Source: Thermodesulfobacteriota bacterium
Lineage (GTDB): Bacteria > Desulfobacterota > WTBG01 > JAGOGO01
Length of the DNA stretch: 32,000 nucleotides
Assembly (NCBI GenBank): GCA_026625185.1
Contig: CP113000.1
Coordinates: 2,832,651-2,864,650, forward strand
Direction of reading: 5' to 3'
Shown here: piece by piece, positions 7,096-14,588 of the stretch
How positions within the stretch are numbered: the first letter of the stretch is position 1
Layout of the letters: every line of letters begins with the position of its first letter
The notes under the pieces: generated by a model
What the model saw: only the letters and a program-made list of their open reading frames with translations
Database searches by the model: none
Told to the model about the DNA's origin: nothing
Program-made: the position numbers and the translations under genes

Positions 7096-7973
7096 ACAAT
7101 TTCTTGATAAAATGCCGGAGCCTTATAAGAACTCCGTACAAGCGGTCCAGAAGCCACGCTTTTAAAGCCCAAAGCAAGGGCTAACCTTTGCCAATCTTCA
7201 AATTCCACAGGTTCCACATAACGAGCTACCGGCCAGTGTCGGATAGAAGGGGACAAATATTGACCAATCGTAAGCATGTCGCACCCTGCCTCCCTCAAAT
7301 CTTGAAGTACGTTCTCCACCTCTTGTTCGTCTTCACCCAGTCCTAACATTATTCCGGACTTAGTGACCAAACCCGGCATCACCGCCTTCGTTTGCCGTAA
7401 TATGTTAAGGGACAGCGTATAATGGGATCCCCCACGAACCATGGGATACAACCGCGGCACTGTTTCCAGATTATGTGCAAGGATGTCCGGTTGCGCAGCC
7501 AACACCTTGTCAACAGCCTGTTTTGACCCGCCAAAGTCAGGAATCAACAGCTCGACTTTACCGTTCGGACACTGTTCACGCACCATTTTGACCACACTCG
7601 CGTAATGACCTGCCCCACCATCCGGCAAGTCGTCTCTCGTGACGGACGTAATAACCACGTGATCAAGGCCCAGTGCGTTTACTGCCTCGGCAAGCCTTTC
7701 CGGCTCACCTTCATCCAAAGTTTTATCCGGGTTCCCATGGGTAACTGCACAAAAGGAACACCCCCGCGTACAAACATCTCCTAAAATCAAAAAAGTAGCC
7801 GTACCATTGGAAAAACACTCCCCCTGGTTTGGGCAATGAGCCTCCTCACAAACAGTGGAAAGGTGACGGCGTGCCAGAAGATTTCTGATATCTTCGATCA
7901 GCTGAGCACTCATTCCTTTTTTGGCCTCACGAACCTTATTGATTAACCAGTCTGGCGCCCTTACTTCCATCAT
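7092..7973 (-). CDS. lipA: Lipoyl synthase
   Basis: CEEAHCPNQGEC is the auxiliary cluster CX4CX5C and CTRGCSFC is the radical-SAM CX3CX2C. The ATG at 7973 overlaps the lpd stop (ATGA). Confidence 0.92.
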   Translation of the reverse strand: MMEVRAPDWLINKVREAKKGMSAQLIEDIRNLLARRHLSTVCEEAHCPNQGECFSNGTATFLILGDVCTRGCSFCAVTHGNPDKTLDEGEPERLAEAVNALGLDHVVITSVTRDDLPDGGAGHYASVVKMVREQCPNGKVELLIPDFGGSKQAVDKVLAAQPDILAHNLETVPRLYPMVRGGSHYTLSLNILRQTKAVMPGLVTKSGIMLGLGEDEQEVENVLQDLREAGCDMLTIGQYLSPSIRHWPVARYVEPVEFEDWQRLALALGFKSVASGPLVRSSYKAPAFYQEIV

Positions 7974-9373
7974 TTCACATCTGGCGGCATATGAATAGCC
8001 TGTCCGTGCAATGCCTGGCAAACCTCCAGCACTGCCTCAGAGAGAGTTGGATGGCTATGGATAGTATCCATAATAACCTGACTGGGCAGTCCCGCTTTCA
8101 TTGCCAGGGCTATCTCACCGATTAAGTCGGAGGCGTGCGGTCCAATAATATGCGCGCCTAAAATCTGATCGGTCTGAGCGTGAGTAATTATTTTCACTAA
8201 TCCCTCCGGTTCACCCATAGCCTGACCCATACCAAGCGATTTAAAGGGGAATCGTGCGGTTTTAACCGGATAGTGCTTGACCGCTTCTTCTTCCGAAAGC
8301 CCCACCGCGCCATACTCCGGTAACGTAAAGGCACATCGCGGGATAACCCGATAGTCCATTATAGCCCCACGACCTAAGGCGTTCTCCGCCGCGCACATGC
8401 CCTCGGCAAAAGCCACATGCGCCAAAAGCCAGCCGCCGATTACATCACCGGCCGCGGCTATACCGGGGAGATTGGTTTGCAGGTTTTCATCCACGATAAT
8501 GCGACCTTCATCCATAGCTACTCCAAGCTCTTCCAGACCAATGACATCGGTATTCAAGCGTCTTCCAACTGCCAATAATACTGTATCAGGTAAAAGCTCT
8601 TTCCCATTATTAAGAGTAACAACGACACCCCTCTCCGACTCCGAAACTGTCTCAATACTTGCGCTACAGATAATCTCTATCTTTCGTCTTTTCAATACTC
8701 CCTGCAGATAGGCCGCCATTTCAGCATCTTCAGCAGGCAAAATCCGGTCCTTTATCTCCACAATCGTCACCTGGGAACCAAGCTCACGAAAGACAGCTGC
8801 CATTTCCACCCCAATCATGCCTCCGCCCACTACCAGCAGATGAGATGGTAACCAGGAAATATTAAGCATTTCATCCGCCGGAAAGACGCGCGGGCTGGGA
8901 GGAAATACTGGTAGATTTGCTGGACGGGAGCCGGTGGCAATAACTATTTTTGGAGCTTCAAGCAGTTCCGTTTGTCCATCTTTTTTAACTTCAATCTTTC
9001 CACCACCGATCAGCCTCCCCCTTCCTTCAACCAGAGCAATCCGGTTAGCCTGGAAAAGACGCCCGACGCTGGCACGTAACCCTGACACGATTCGCTCCTT
9101 GCGGAGCATAATCGTTGCGATATCAGGCGAGACCTCGACCGGCTTAAAACCGAACTCTTTCGCACGGCGCATAGTCCGGGCCGCTTCCGCCGACGCCCGC
9201 ACAGTCTTCGTGGGGATACAGCCCCAATTGAGACAGATCCCTCCCAGAAATTTTTCCTCGATAACTGCCACCTTGGCTCCGAGCTGTGCCGCCCGGATCG
9301 CTCCCTGGTAGCCGGCCGGACCACCGCCTAAAAAGATAATGTCATAAGAATCGCTCACCGGGGAATTCCTCAC
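7970..9373 (-). CDS. lpdA: Dihydrolipoyl dehydrogenase
   Basis: GGGPAGY FAD site, redox disulfide GGICLNWGCIPTK, and C-terminal HSHPTLSE His-Glu pair. The GTG start overlaps the OsmC stop (GTGA). Confidence 0.9.
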   Translation of the reverse strand: MRNSPVSDSYDIIFLGGGPAGYQGAIRAAQLGAKVAVIEEKFLGGICLNWGCIPTKTVRASAEAARTMRRAKEFGFKPVEVSPDIATIMLRKERIVSGLRASVGRLFQANRIALVEGRGRLIGGGKIEVKKDGQTELLEAPKIVIATGSRPANLPVFPPSPRVFPADEMLNISWLPSHLLVVGGGMIGVEMAAVFRELGSQVTIVEIKDRILPAEDAEMAAYLQGVLKRRKIEIICSASIETVSESERGVVVTLNNGKELLPDTVLLAVGRRLNTDVIGLEELGVAMDEGRIIVDENLQTNLPGIAAAGDVIGGWLLAHVAFAEGMCAAENALGRGAIMDYRVIPRCAFTLPEYGAVGLSEEEAVKHYPVKTARFPFKSLGMGQAMGEPEGLVKIITHAQTDQILGAHIIGPHASDLIGEIALAMKAGLPSQVIMDTIHSHPTLSEAVLEVCQALHGQAIHMPPDVK

Positions 9374-9792
9374 TTAATGATTATCGTTGGCTTGATAATA
9401 ATTTCAGACTTTAAGGATTGATTTATCGTGGAATATTTTAAAGCCATATCAAGGGCCCGCTGCACAACTTCCCGGGTTTTATTTTTTACAACAATTTTGG
9501 GATATAAAGTAAGCCTCTTAAACCATGAGGTCCGGTCAATGAATTCTTCAACCTCGCCTTCAGCTTCACATTCTAAAGATATAAGTTCCATCTTAAAGCG
9601 CTCCATCGCCCAGATGACCATCATAAAATAACAGGTATTCGACGCCGATATAAAGGCGTCCTCAGGAGTAAGAACATTTTCCTTTCCGTATAGGTCAGGG
9701 GGAGCAGAGAACTCCATTTCCACACCATTCTGACACCACGTATACCCAAGGTGACCACCGCGCCATTCAACTTTATTTTTATACAGTGACAT
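9370..9792 (-). CDS. OsmC/Ohr-family protein, apparently a 1-Cys variant
   Basis: ...LTPEDAFISASNTCYFMMV keeps the first conserved Cys. Where OsmC/Ohr carry the second Cys (..CP.S..L), the sequence reads ALKYSTINQSL. Confidence 0.7.
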   Translation of the reverse strand: MSLYKNKVEWRGGHLGYTWCQNGVEMEFSAPPDLYGKENVLTPEDAFISASNTCYFMMVIWAMERFKMELISLECEAEGEVEEFIDRTSWFKRLTLYPKIVVKNKTREVVQRALDMALKYSTINQSLKSEIIIKPTIIIK

Positions 9793-9805
9793 GGTTTTCC
9801 TTTCC

Positions 9806-10219
9806 CTAATCGTTTTCCAGGACTTCTTTTACCGATTTGGCAATTTCGTCCGCTACCGCCTGAATCGCAGCCTGATCCTCATCACCAAAGTGTCTCAATT
9901 TTTTTGGGGCAGAGAGGTTGTGTTTCTTCAGAATATCGGGGACAACCAACGATTTGCTCGGTTTCCCGGAAAACATTTCTGTGCTCTTGGCCGCGCAGAG
10001 TTTCTCACAGCCGTCCACGGTTATGGTGGGATACTTTTTTGCAAATTTCCTTTCTTCTTCCCCACCGGCAATAAACAGAGGCAAACAGATCGTCACTGTT
10101 TCATTCGGCTTAAGATCTGTGAGTACCTTGCGACAAGCGATTCGGGAAATTGTGCCTTCCGGCAACTCTTCACCGCTGCACGACACCATCCCTATCTTTG
10201 TTACCTGGATATCCATCAT
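9806..10219 (-). CDS. DGC-domain putative zinc-binding protein (paralog 1)
   Basis: MVSCSGEE...ICLPLF...ITVDGCEKLCA carries the DGC motif and flanking cysteines. Confidence 0.7.
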   Translation of the reverse strand: MMDIQVTKIGMVSCSGEELPEGTISRIACRKVLTDLKPNETVTICLPLFIAGGEEERKFAKKYPTITVDGCEKLCAAKSTEMFSGKPSKSLVVPDILKKHNLSAPKKLRHFGDEDQAAIQAVADEIAKSVKEVLEND

Positions 10220-10632
10220 TGTTCCTCCTGTACCGCCAGTTCATCTATAACGGTTGCTAATTCGTCAGCAGCAATGGCCGCCAATCTGCGGCCAGTCTCA
10301 TCAAGCTCGCTGATCCCCTCTGGCTTCATATCTTTGTGAGCTTTGTAAAAATCGATTGTCTGAAAACTCCTGGCCACGTTAACCCCTTGCGATTCTGCGC
10401 TCTTTCGCGCGCACTCCTTTGGACATCCGTCAATGGTAATTACCGGGTTTTCTTTTACCAACTGCTTGGTTTCCGTATCTTCAATCACTAATTTTGCCAG
10501 ACAAGTAGTCACCGCACTATTTGGTCTTACTCGTTCTACAAGTTCATAGGTGGTCTCACGGGCAAGGGCGCCGAAAACTTTCCCAATACCACTGCAGGGG
10601 AGCACTACCACCTTTTTATTTTTTTTCTCCAT
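10216..10632 (-). CDS. DGC-domain putative zinc-binding protein (paralog 2)
   Basis: VVVLPCSGIGKVFGALARE...TTCLAKL...ITIDGCPKECA. There is an ATGA overlap with paralog 1. Confidence 0.7.
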   Translation of the reverse strand: MEKKNKKVVVLPCSGIGKVFGALARETTYELVERVRPNSAVTTCLAKLVIEDTETKQLVKENPVITIDGCPKECARKSAESQGVNVARSFQTIDFYKAHKDMKPEGISELDETGRRLAAIAADELATVIDELAVQEEQ

Positions 10633-11080
10633 ATAGTTTCCTCGCTTCTTCTAAAACTTTTTTCTTCATTAATTCAAAGTAGTCCCAATCCTTAAGCAAT
10701 TCATTTTTGTCAGCCTCAAAATCGAGAAGTTCAATCCGGTAAATCCAGCCAGAGTCATACGGGGCCTCGTTAATGAGATAAGGGCTTGCCTCGATCTCCT
10801 GGTTAACCTCAACAATTGTCCCCGTTACCGGTGAAATGATGTTAAACGTGGCTTTAATCGTCTCGATCTTCCCAAGTTCTTGACCTCGTTTTACTGTTAT
10901 ACCCGGGCTAATGGTTTCCAGAAATGCCACATCGCCTTTAAGTTTTTGAAGAAAATCGCTAACGCCTATGACGGCAACATGGTTAACAATGTTCGCCCAG
11001 AAATCTTCGGGACTATACCAATACCCGGTTTTGACCTTAAAAATAAATTTTTCATGGGTATATTCCAAAAATTCTTCCAT
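10616..11080 (-). CDS. gcvH: GcvH-like lipoyl carrier protein
   Basis: VAVIGVSDFLQKLKGDVAFLE...GKIETIKATFNIISPVTGTIVEVN matches the H-protein lipoyl-lysine motif E(S/T)(V/I)KA...SP(V/I)(S/T)G. SD GAGG precedes the ATG. Confidence 0.8.
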   Translation of the reverse strand: MEEFLEYTHEKFIFKVKTGYWYSPEDFWANIVNHVAVIGVSDFLQKLKGDVAFLETISPGITVKRGQELGKIETIKATFNIISPVTGTIVEVNQEIEASPYLINEAPYDSGWIYRIELLDFEADKNELLKDWDYFELMKKKVLEEARKLYGEKK

Positions 11081-11093
11081 ATGTTACCTCGGT

Positions 11094-11438
11094 CTATGGG
11101 TTAAGAGTTTTTCCTACTTCCTTCACAATTTTGTTAATGATAATGCTCCCGGCAAACCTGGCTTCTCCATTGATAACCACTAATGGTGTTGGGAATTTTT
11201 GGTTCACCAAAAGCTGGCCTAACCCGCTCTTTCTTTCATCCGGTGATTCGCGCAAATCAATATATTCAACAGTGATCTGATGAGGATAACTTTCTTCCAA
11301 TGCGGTTCTAAGCTCTTTTACTTTCTGCTGTATTAGCACCGGAAACTCGGGGCTACAGGCTATACTTCCTCACGTACAGCCATCAGGATTGCCCGGCAAA
11401 TTAAGGATCTTTATTGATACCGGATCTTTTTCTTTCAT
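11094..11438 (-). CDS. Selenoprotein candidate: thioredoxin-fold ArsD/YuzD-like protein with an in-frame TGA (residue 23)
   Basis: SD AAGGAGAG lies 6 nt before the ATG at 11438. It reads MKEKDPVSIKILNLPGNPDGCT-TGA(11372-11370)-GSIACSPEFPVLIQQKVKELRTALEESYPHQITVEYIDL...PLVVINGE. The TGA is contiguous and in frame with track ORF 11094..11339. Confidence 0.6.
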
Positions 11439-11496
11439 TGCATCTCTCCTTACGATAGTGTTTGTATGGTTTTCCACCCAAGTATACCCCCCCCCA

Positions 11497-11505
11497 ACCA
11501 AAATA
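11497..11505. repeat. C9 (G9 on the coding strand) homopolymer, 59-67 nt upstream of the 11438 start
   Basis: Counted directly: agtata-ccccccccc-aacc. Confidence 0.9.
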
Positions 11506-11613
11506 ACGGGACACCACCAGACAAATATCACCCTTAATCTGGCTCTGGCAGGTATCCATATCACAAAAATAGCGTTCCCCTACCGATAGAAAAGCCTTGA
11601 AATTACGAAAAAC

Positions 11614-11853
11614 TTACTTGACTCCGGAGAAAATTTTTTGAAGCTCGGCTACTGTGGGAATTCTGCCGGACACGAGAACCTTACCATCTACAATTACTGC
11701 TGGCGTTGCCCTAACACCAAGCTTCGCATATTCGCTGGTATCATAAACATGTGAAATATCAGCAGCAAGGTTTAATTCTGCACAGGCATTAACCACATTC
11801 TTCTCAGTTGCCTCGCACCTCGGACAACCTGGTCCTGCAACTTGTATTTTCAT
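11614..11853 (-). CDS. Small thioredoxin-family protein (redox-active disulfide protein 2 type)
   Basis: MKIQVAGPGCPRCEATEKNV...TPAVIVDGKVLVSGRIPTVAEL. SD GGAGGG. Confidence 0.8.
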   Translation of the reverse strand: MKIQVAGPGCPRCEATEKNVVNACAELNLAADISHVYDTSEYAKLGVRATPAVIVDGKVLVSGRIPTVAELQKIFSGVK

Positions 11854-11880
11854 AATGTTACCCTCCTAAAAAAAATCTTT

Positions 11881-12090
11881 TTATTTTTTATCAGCAAAAG
11901 TTGATGCCGGGTCTTGACAACCATCAAGATGCGACTTTAGCCGATTCTCTTGGGAAGTAAGCAGCCGCTGATAAATTTTCTTCTTTAAAAAAATGAGGGC
12001 TTCTTGTTGATCCTCGTCCGTAAAAATTCGCTCAAGTTCCATTACTTCCTGTGGCTCTAAGGTCAAAGTCTTTCGGGTAATCTCTAACAT
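11881..12090 (-). CDS. Hypothetical small protein (69 aa)
   Basis: Intact ORF with SD GGGAGGG, lying between two thioredoxin paralogs. I recognise no family. Confidence 0.4.
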   Translation of the reverse strand: MLEITRKTLTLEPQEVMELERIFTDEDQQEALIFLKKKIYQRLLTSQENRLKSHLDGCQDPASTFADKK

Positions 12091-12103
12091 AAAAAACCCT
12101 CCC

Positions 12104-12340
12104 TTATTGGGAAAGAAGTTTCTTAACCTCCTCTACTGAGGGCAACTTTCCTGAAGTCTTCACCTTTCCATCAACAACCAGCCCCGGTGTCATGGCTATT
12201 CCAAAGTTCATAATTTGGGTGATGTCGGTTACTTTTTCAAGTTCATAATCAATCCCCAGTTCTTTGGCGGCCTGCTCGGCGTGTTGAACTAATTTTTTGC
12301 ACTTCGCGCAACCGACACCTAAAATGTGTATTTTTTTCAT
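12104..12340 (-). CDS. Small thioredoxin-family protein (redox-active disulfide protein 2 type; ArsE-like position)
   Basis: MKKIHILGVGCAKCKKLVQHAE...TPGLVVDGKVKTSGKLPSVEEV. Confidence 0.8.
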   Translation of the reverse strand: MKKIHILGVGCAKCKKLVQHAEQAAKELGIDYELEKVTDITQIMNFGIAMTPGLVVDGKVKTSGKLPSVEEVKKLLSQ

Positions 12341-12378
12341 TAATTACCTCCAATAATTTATTCTTTCAAAAATGCCTA

Positions 12379-13083
12379 TCATAAATTAAGTAAAATCCCT
12401 GAGATAACATACGTCCACAAATAAAATAAACCCGCAACAATAAATATTCCCCCCGTTATTTTTCTCGCATAATACTCAAGATGGCCTACTCTATGGAACC
12501 ACTTGGTGACTGATTGTGCTCCCAAGGCTAAGCACACAGAGAACAACAAAACCGGAAGGCCGGTTCCTAAACCATAAATAATAGGTAAAATGGCACCATA
12601 CTGGTTCTGAAGCGAAAGCGGAATCAGGCTCCCGAAAAACAAACCTGCGGAGATGGGACAAAAAGACAACGCAAAAAGCAAACCCAAAGCGAATGAACCG
12701 GTTATGTCCCCTCTTTGGGCGAGCTTCTGCTGGTTTTCTGGGGAGAGTACGAACCCGGTAATATTAATTTTTATCACATCCAGCAGCACTAAGCCGGCGA
12801 TAATGAGAATTGGCCCCAAGAGCTTATTGAGATAGTCTTGGAGAAATTGAGCAATAACCGCTACACCTAATAAAGCCTTAACAATAATAAACCCCAGCAA
12901 AGCATAGGCAACCATCCTGCCTAAAGTGTAGGCAATTCCTGACCGTAATACTGCATTTGGGTGAACAACGTTTTTCGACAGGTAAGAGGTTGCGGCAATA
13001 TTAGTCGCTAACGGGCATGGGCTGACCGAGGTTAGAATACCAAGCCAAAGGGCCGAAGTCAGACCAATTGCCAGGGCACCCAC
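12379..13083 (-). CDS. DsbD_2/CcdA-like membrane protein (ArsG-like permease family by recollection)
   Basis: A six or more TM protein with SVSPCPLATNIAA and LSFCPISAGLFFG. It abuts the upstream periplasmic thioredoxin-like gene with a 0-nt gap. Confidence 0.6.
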   Translation of the reverse strand: MGALAIGLTSALWLGILTSVSPCPLATNIAATSYLSKNVVHPNAVLRSGIAYTLGRMVAYALLGFIIVKALLGVAVIAQFLQDYLNKLLGPILIIAGLVLLDVIKINITGFVLSPENQQKLAQRGDITGSFALGLLFALSFCPISAGLFFGSLIPLSLQNQYGAILPIIYGLGTGLPVLLFSVCLALGAQSVTKWFHRVGHLEYYARKITGGIFIVAGLFYLWTYVISGILLNL

Positions 13084-13503
13084 TTACTTTACCCCTGCAA
13101 GATATTTAGCGGTCTCAGTCTTAATATATTCGTAAAACTTTTCTTTATCCCTAACATATTCCCATATTTTAGTAAGGTTATTAAACTTTATCTCTTTCCC
13201 TTCCTTTATCATGGAGATAACCACGGCTTTGGCAAACAGCTGATAATCTTTGACATAATGTTGGTTTTTTTCTTGTTGCACATTTACGGCCTTAAAACTT
13301 ATGGTGCCGGCCTTAATTTCCTTGTCAAAATATTTCTCAACCGCCTCTTGAGTATATTGTTCAATTTTATAACAGGTAGGGCACCGAAGAGTAGTGTGGA
13401 AATAATAAACAACAATTGAGTTTCCGGGTGCAGATTTTGCCCCTGCGGGGGGAAAAACGCTCAACAGCAAAAAGCAACTAACCATAAAAATATTTTTTTT
13501 CAT
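13084..13503 (-). CDS. Secreted thioredoxin-like protein (CPTC), ArsF-like by recollection
   Basis: Signal peptide MKKNIFMVSCFLLLSVFPPAGA, then VVYYFHTTLRCPTCYKIEQYT. Confidence 0.6.
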   Translation of the reverse strand: MKKNIFMVSCFLLLSVFPPAGAKSAPGNSIVVYYFHTTLRCPTCYKIEQYTQEAVEKYFDKEIKAGTISFKAVNVQQEKNQHYVKDYQLFAKAVVISMIKEGKEIKFNNLTKIWEYVRDKEKFYEYIKTETAKYLAGVK

Positions 13504-13613
13504 TTAACACCCCTTTTTTACGAAAAAAAACCATAACCCTTTGATTAAGTGAACCGTGATAGGCCGTAGGTTTATTTTGGCATGGAGTTAAAACCATCGC
13601 CATTGGCCTTTCT

Positions 13614-14447
13614 TTACGCTTGTTTTGGTTTCACTCCGCAAACCCTAATGCTTACCACCGCCCGTATAATTTCTCCCACCTTATCGCGCGGTACGCCAAA
13701 ACTTTCACCGATCCCTTTAGCAGTGGGATCATTGGTCCAAGAATCTAAGGAAAGCGAGGACTCACCAATGATCCTGACATCCTGAAATCCGGCCATATCA
13801 ATTCCCCCGAGGTATTCTTGCTTCAATATGGCGCCGGAAAGGCACCCGACATAAGCTGCTATTGAACCCTTTACGCTCTCAGGAAGTTCTCTCAATAGAA
13901 CCATATCAGTGACCATCAGCCTGCCGCCTGATTTCAATACCCGGAAAGCTTCATTAAAGACTCTTCTTTTATCAGGCGAAAGATTAATGACACAATTTGA
14001 AATGATGGCATCCACGAAATTATCCGCCACCGGAAGATTCTCGATCTCTCCCAGCCTGAACTCAACGTTTCCGTAGTCACCCTTTCTCGCGTTTTCTCTT
14101 GCCTTATCAATCATCTCGGGGGTCATATCCACGCCAATCACCTGGCCGGCCTCTCCCACTTTCTTAGCGGCAAGAAAACAATCAAACCCCGCGCCTGAGC
14201 CGAGGTCAAGAACAATCTCGCCCTCTCGCAGAGATGCAAGTACCACCGGATTGCCGCACCCAAGCCCCAGGTTTGCGCCCTCCGGAACTGTCTCCAGTTC
14301 TTCGTCGTTATATCCTATTTTCTTACTTATTTCAAGCACATCCGTGCTTACACAGCATGGATTCGGCGTGCCCCAGCAGGATCCCCCTCCCTTCGCAACG
14401 CCGGCATAACCTTCCCTGACCGCTTTTTTAATGTCTTCCGGTTTAAT
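13614..14447 (-). CDS. arsM: Arsenite S-adenosylmethionine methyltransferase
   Basis: VLDLGSGAGFDCF (SAM motif I), VIGVDMTPEMI, ISNCVINLSPDK, GCLSGA. The N-terminal KPEDIKKAVREGYAGVAKGGGSCWGTPNPCC lies upstream of the track start. There is no ATG/GTG/TTG; SD GGAGGTG lies 7 nt before ATT 14447 (or CTG 14453). Confidence 0.85.
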   Translation of the reverse strand: MKPEDIKKAVREGYAGVAKGGGSCWGTPNPCCVSTDVLEISKKIGYNDEELETVPEGANLGLGCGNPVVLASLREGEIVLDLGSGAGFDCFLAAKKVGEAGQVIGVDMTPEMIDKARENARKGDYGNVEFRLGEIENLPVADNFVDAIISNCVINLSPDKRRVFNEAFRVLKSGGRLMVTDMVLLRELPESVKGSIAAYVGCLSGAILKQEYLGGIDMAGFQDVRIIGESSLSLDSWTNDPTAKGIGESFGVPRDKVGEIIRAVVSIRVCGVKPKQA

Positions 14448-14588
14448 TTTCAGCCACCTCCGTAATCATTTTTTGTTGATAGAACTGACGGGGATCGAAT
14501 TTGTGCTCCTTGACTGATAACTTAAAATTAATGTAATGCATCGTTTTTTCACGTGCATTTATAAGGCACCAATTAATGCATTTTCTCT

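Noticed and set aside
11370-11564. Track ORF 11370..11564 (-) as an independent 64-aa gene.
   Set aside because: Only its last 22 codons, from the SD-preceded ATG at 11438, look coding, and they continue through the TGA into 11094..11339. The upstream part reads through the G9 tract and looks like 5' UTR.
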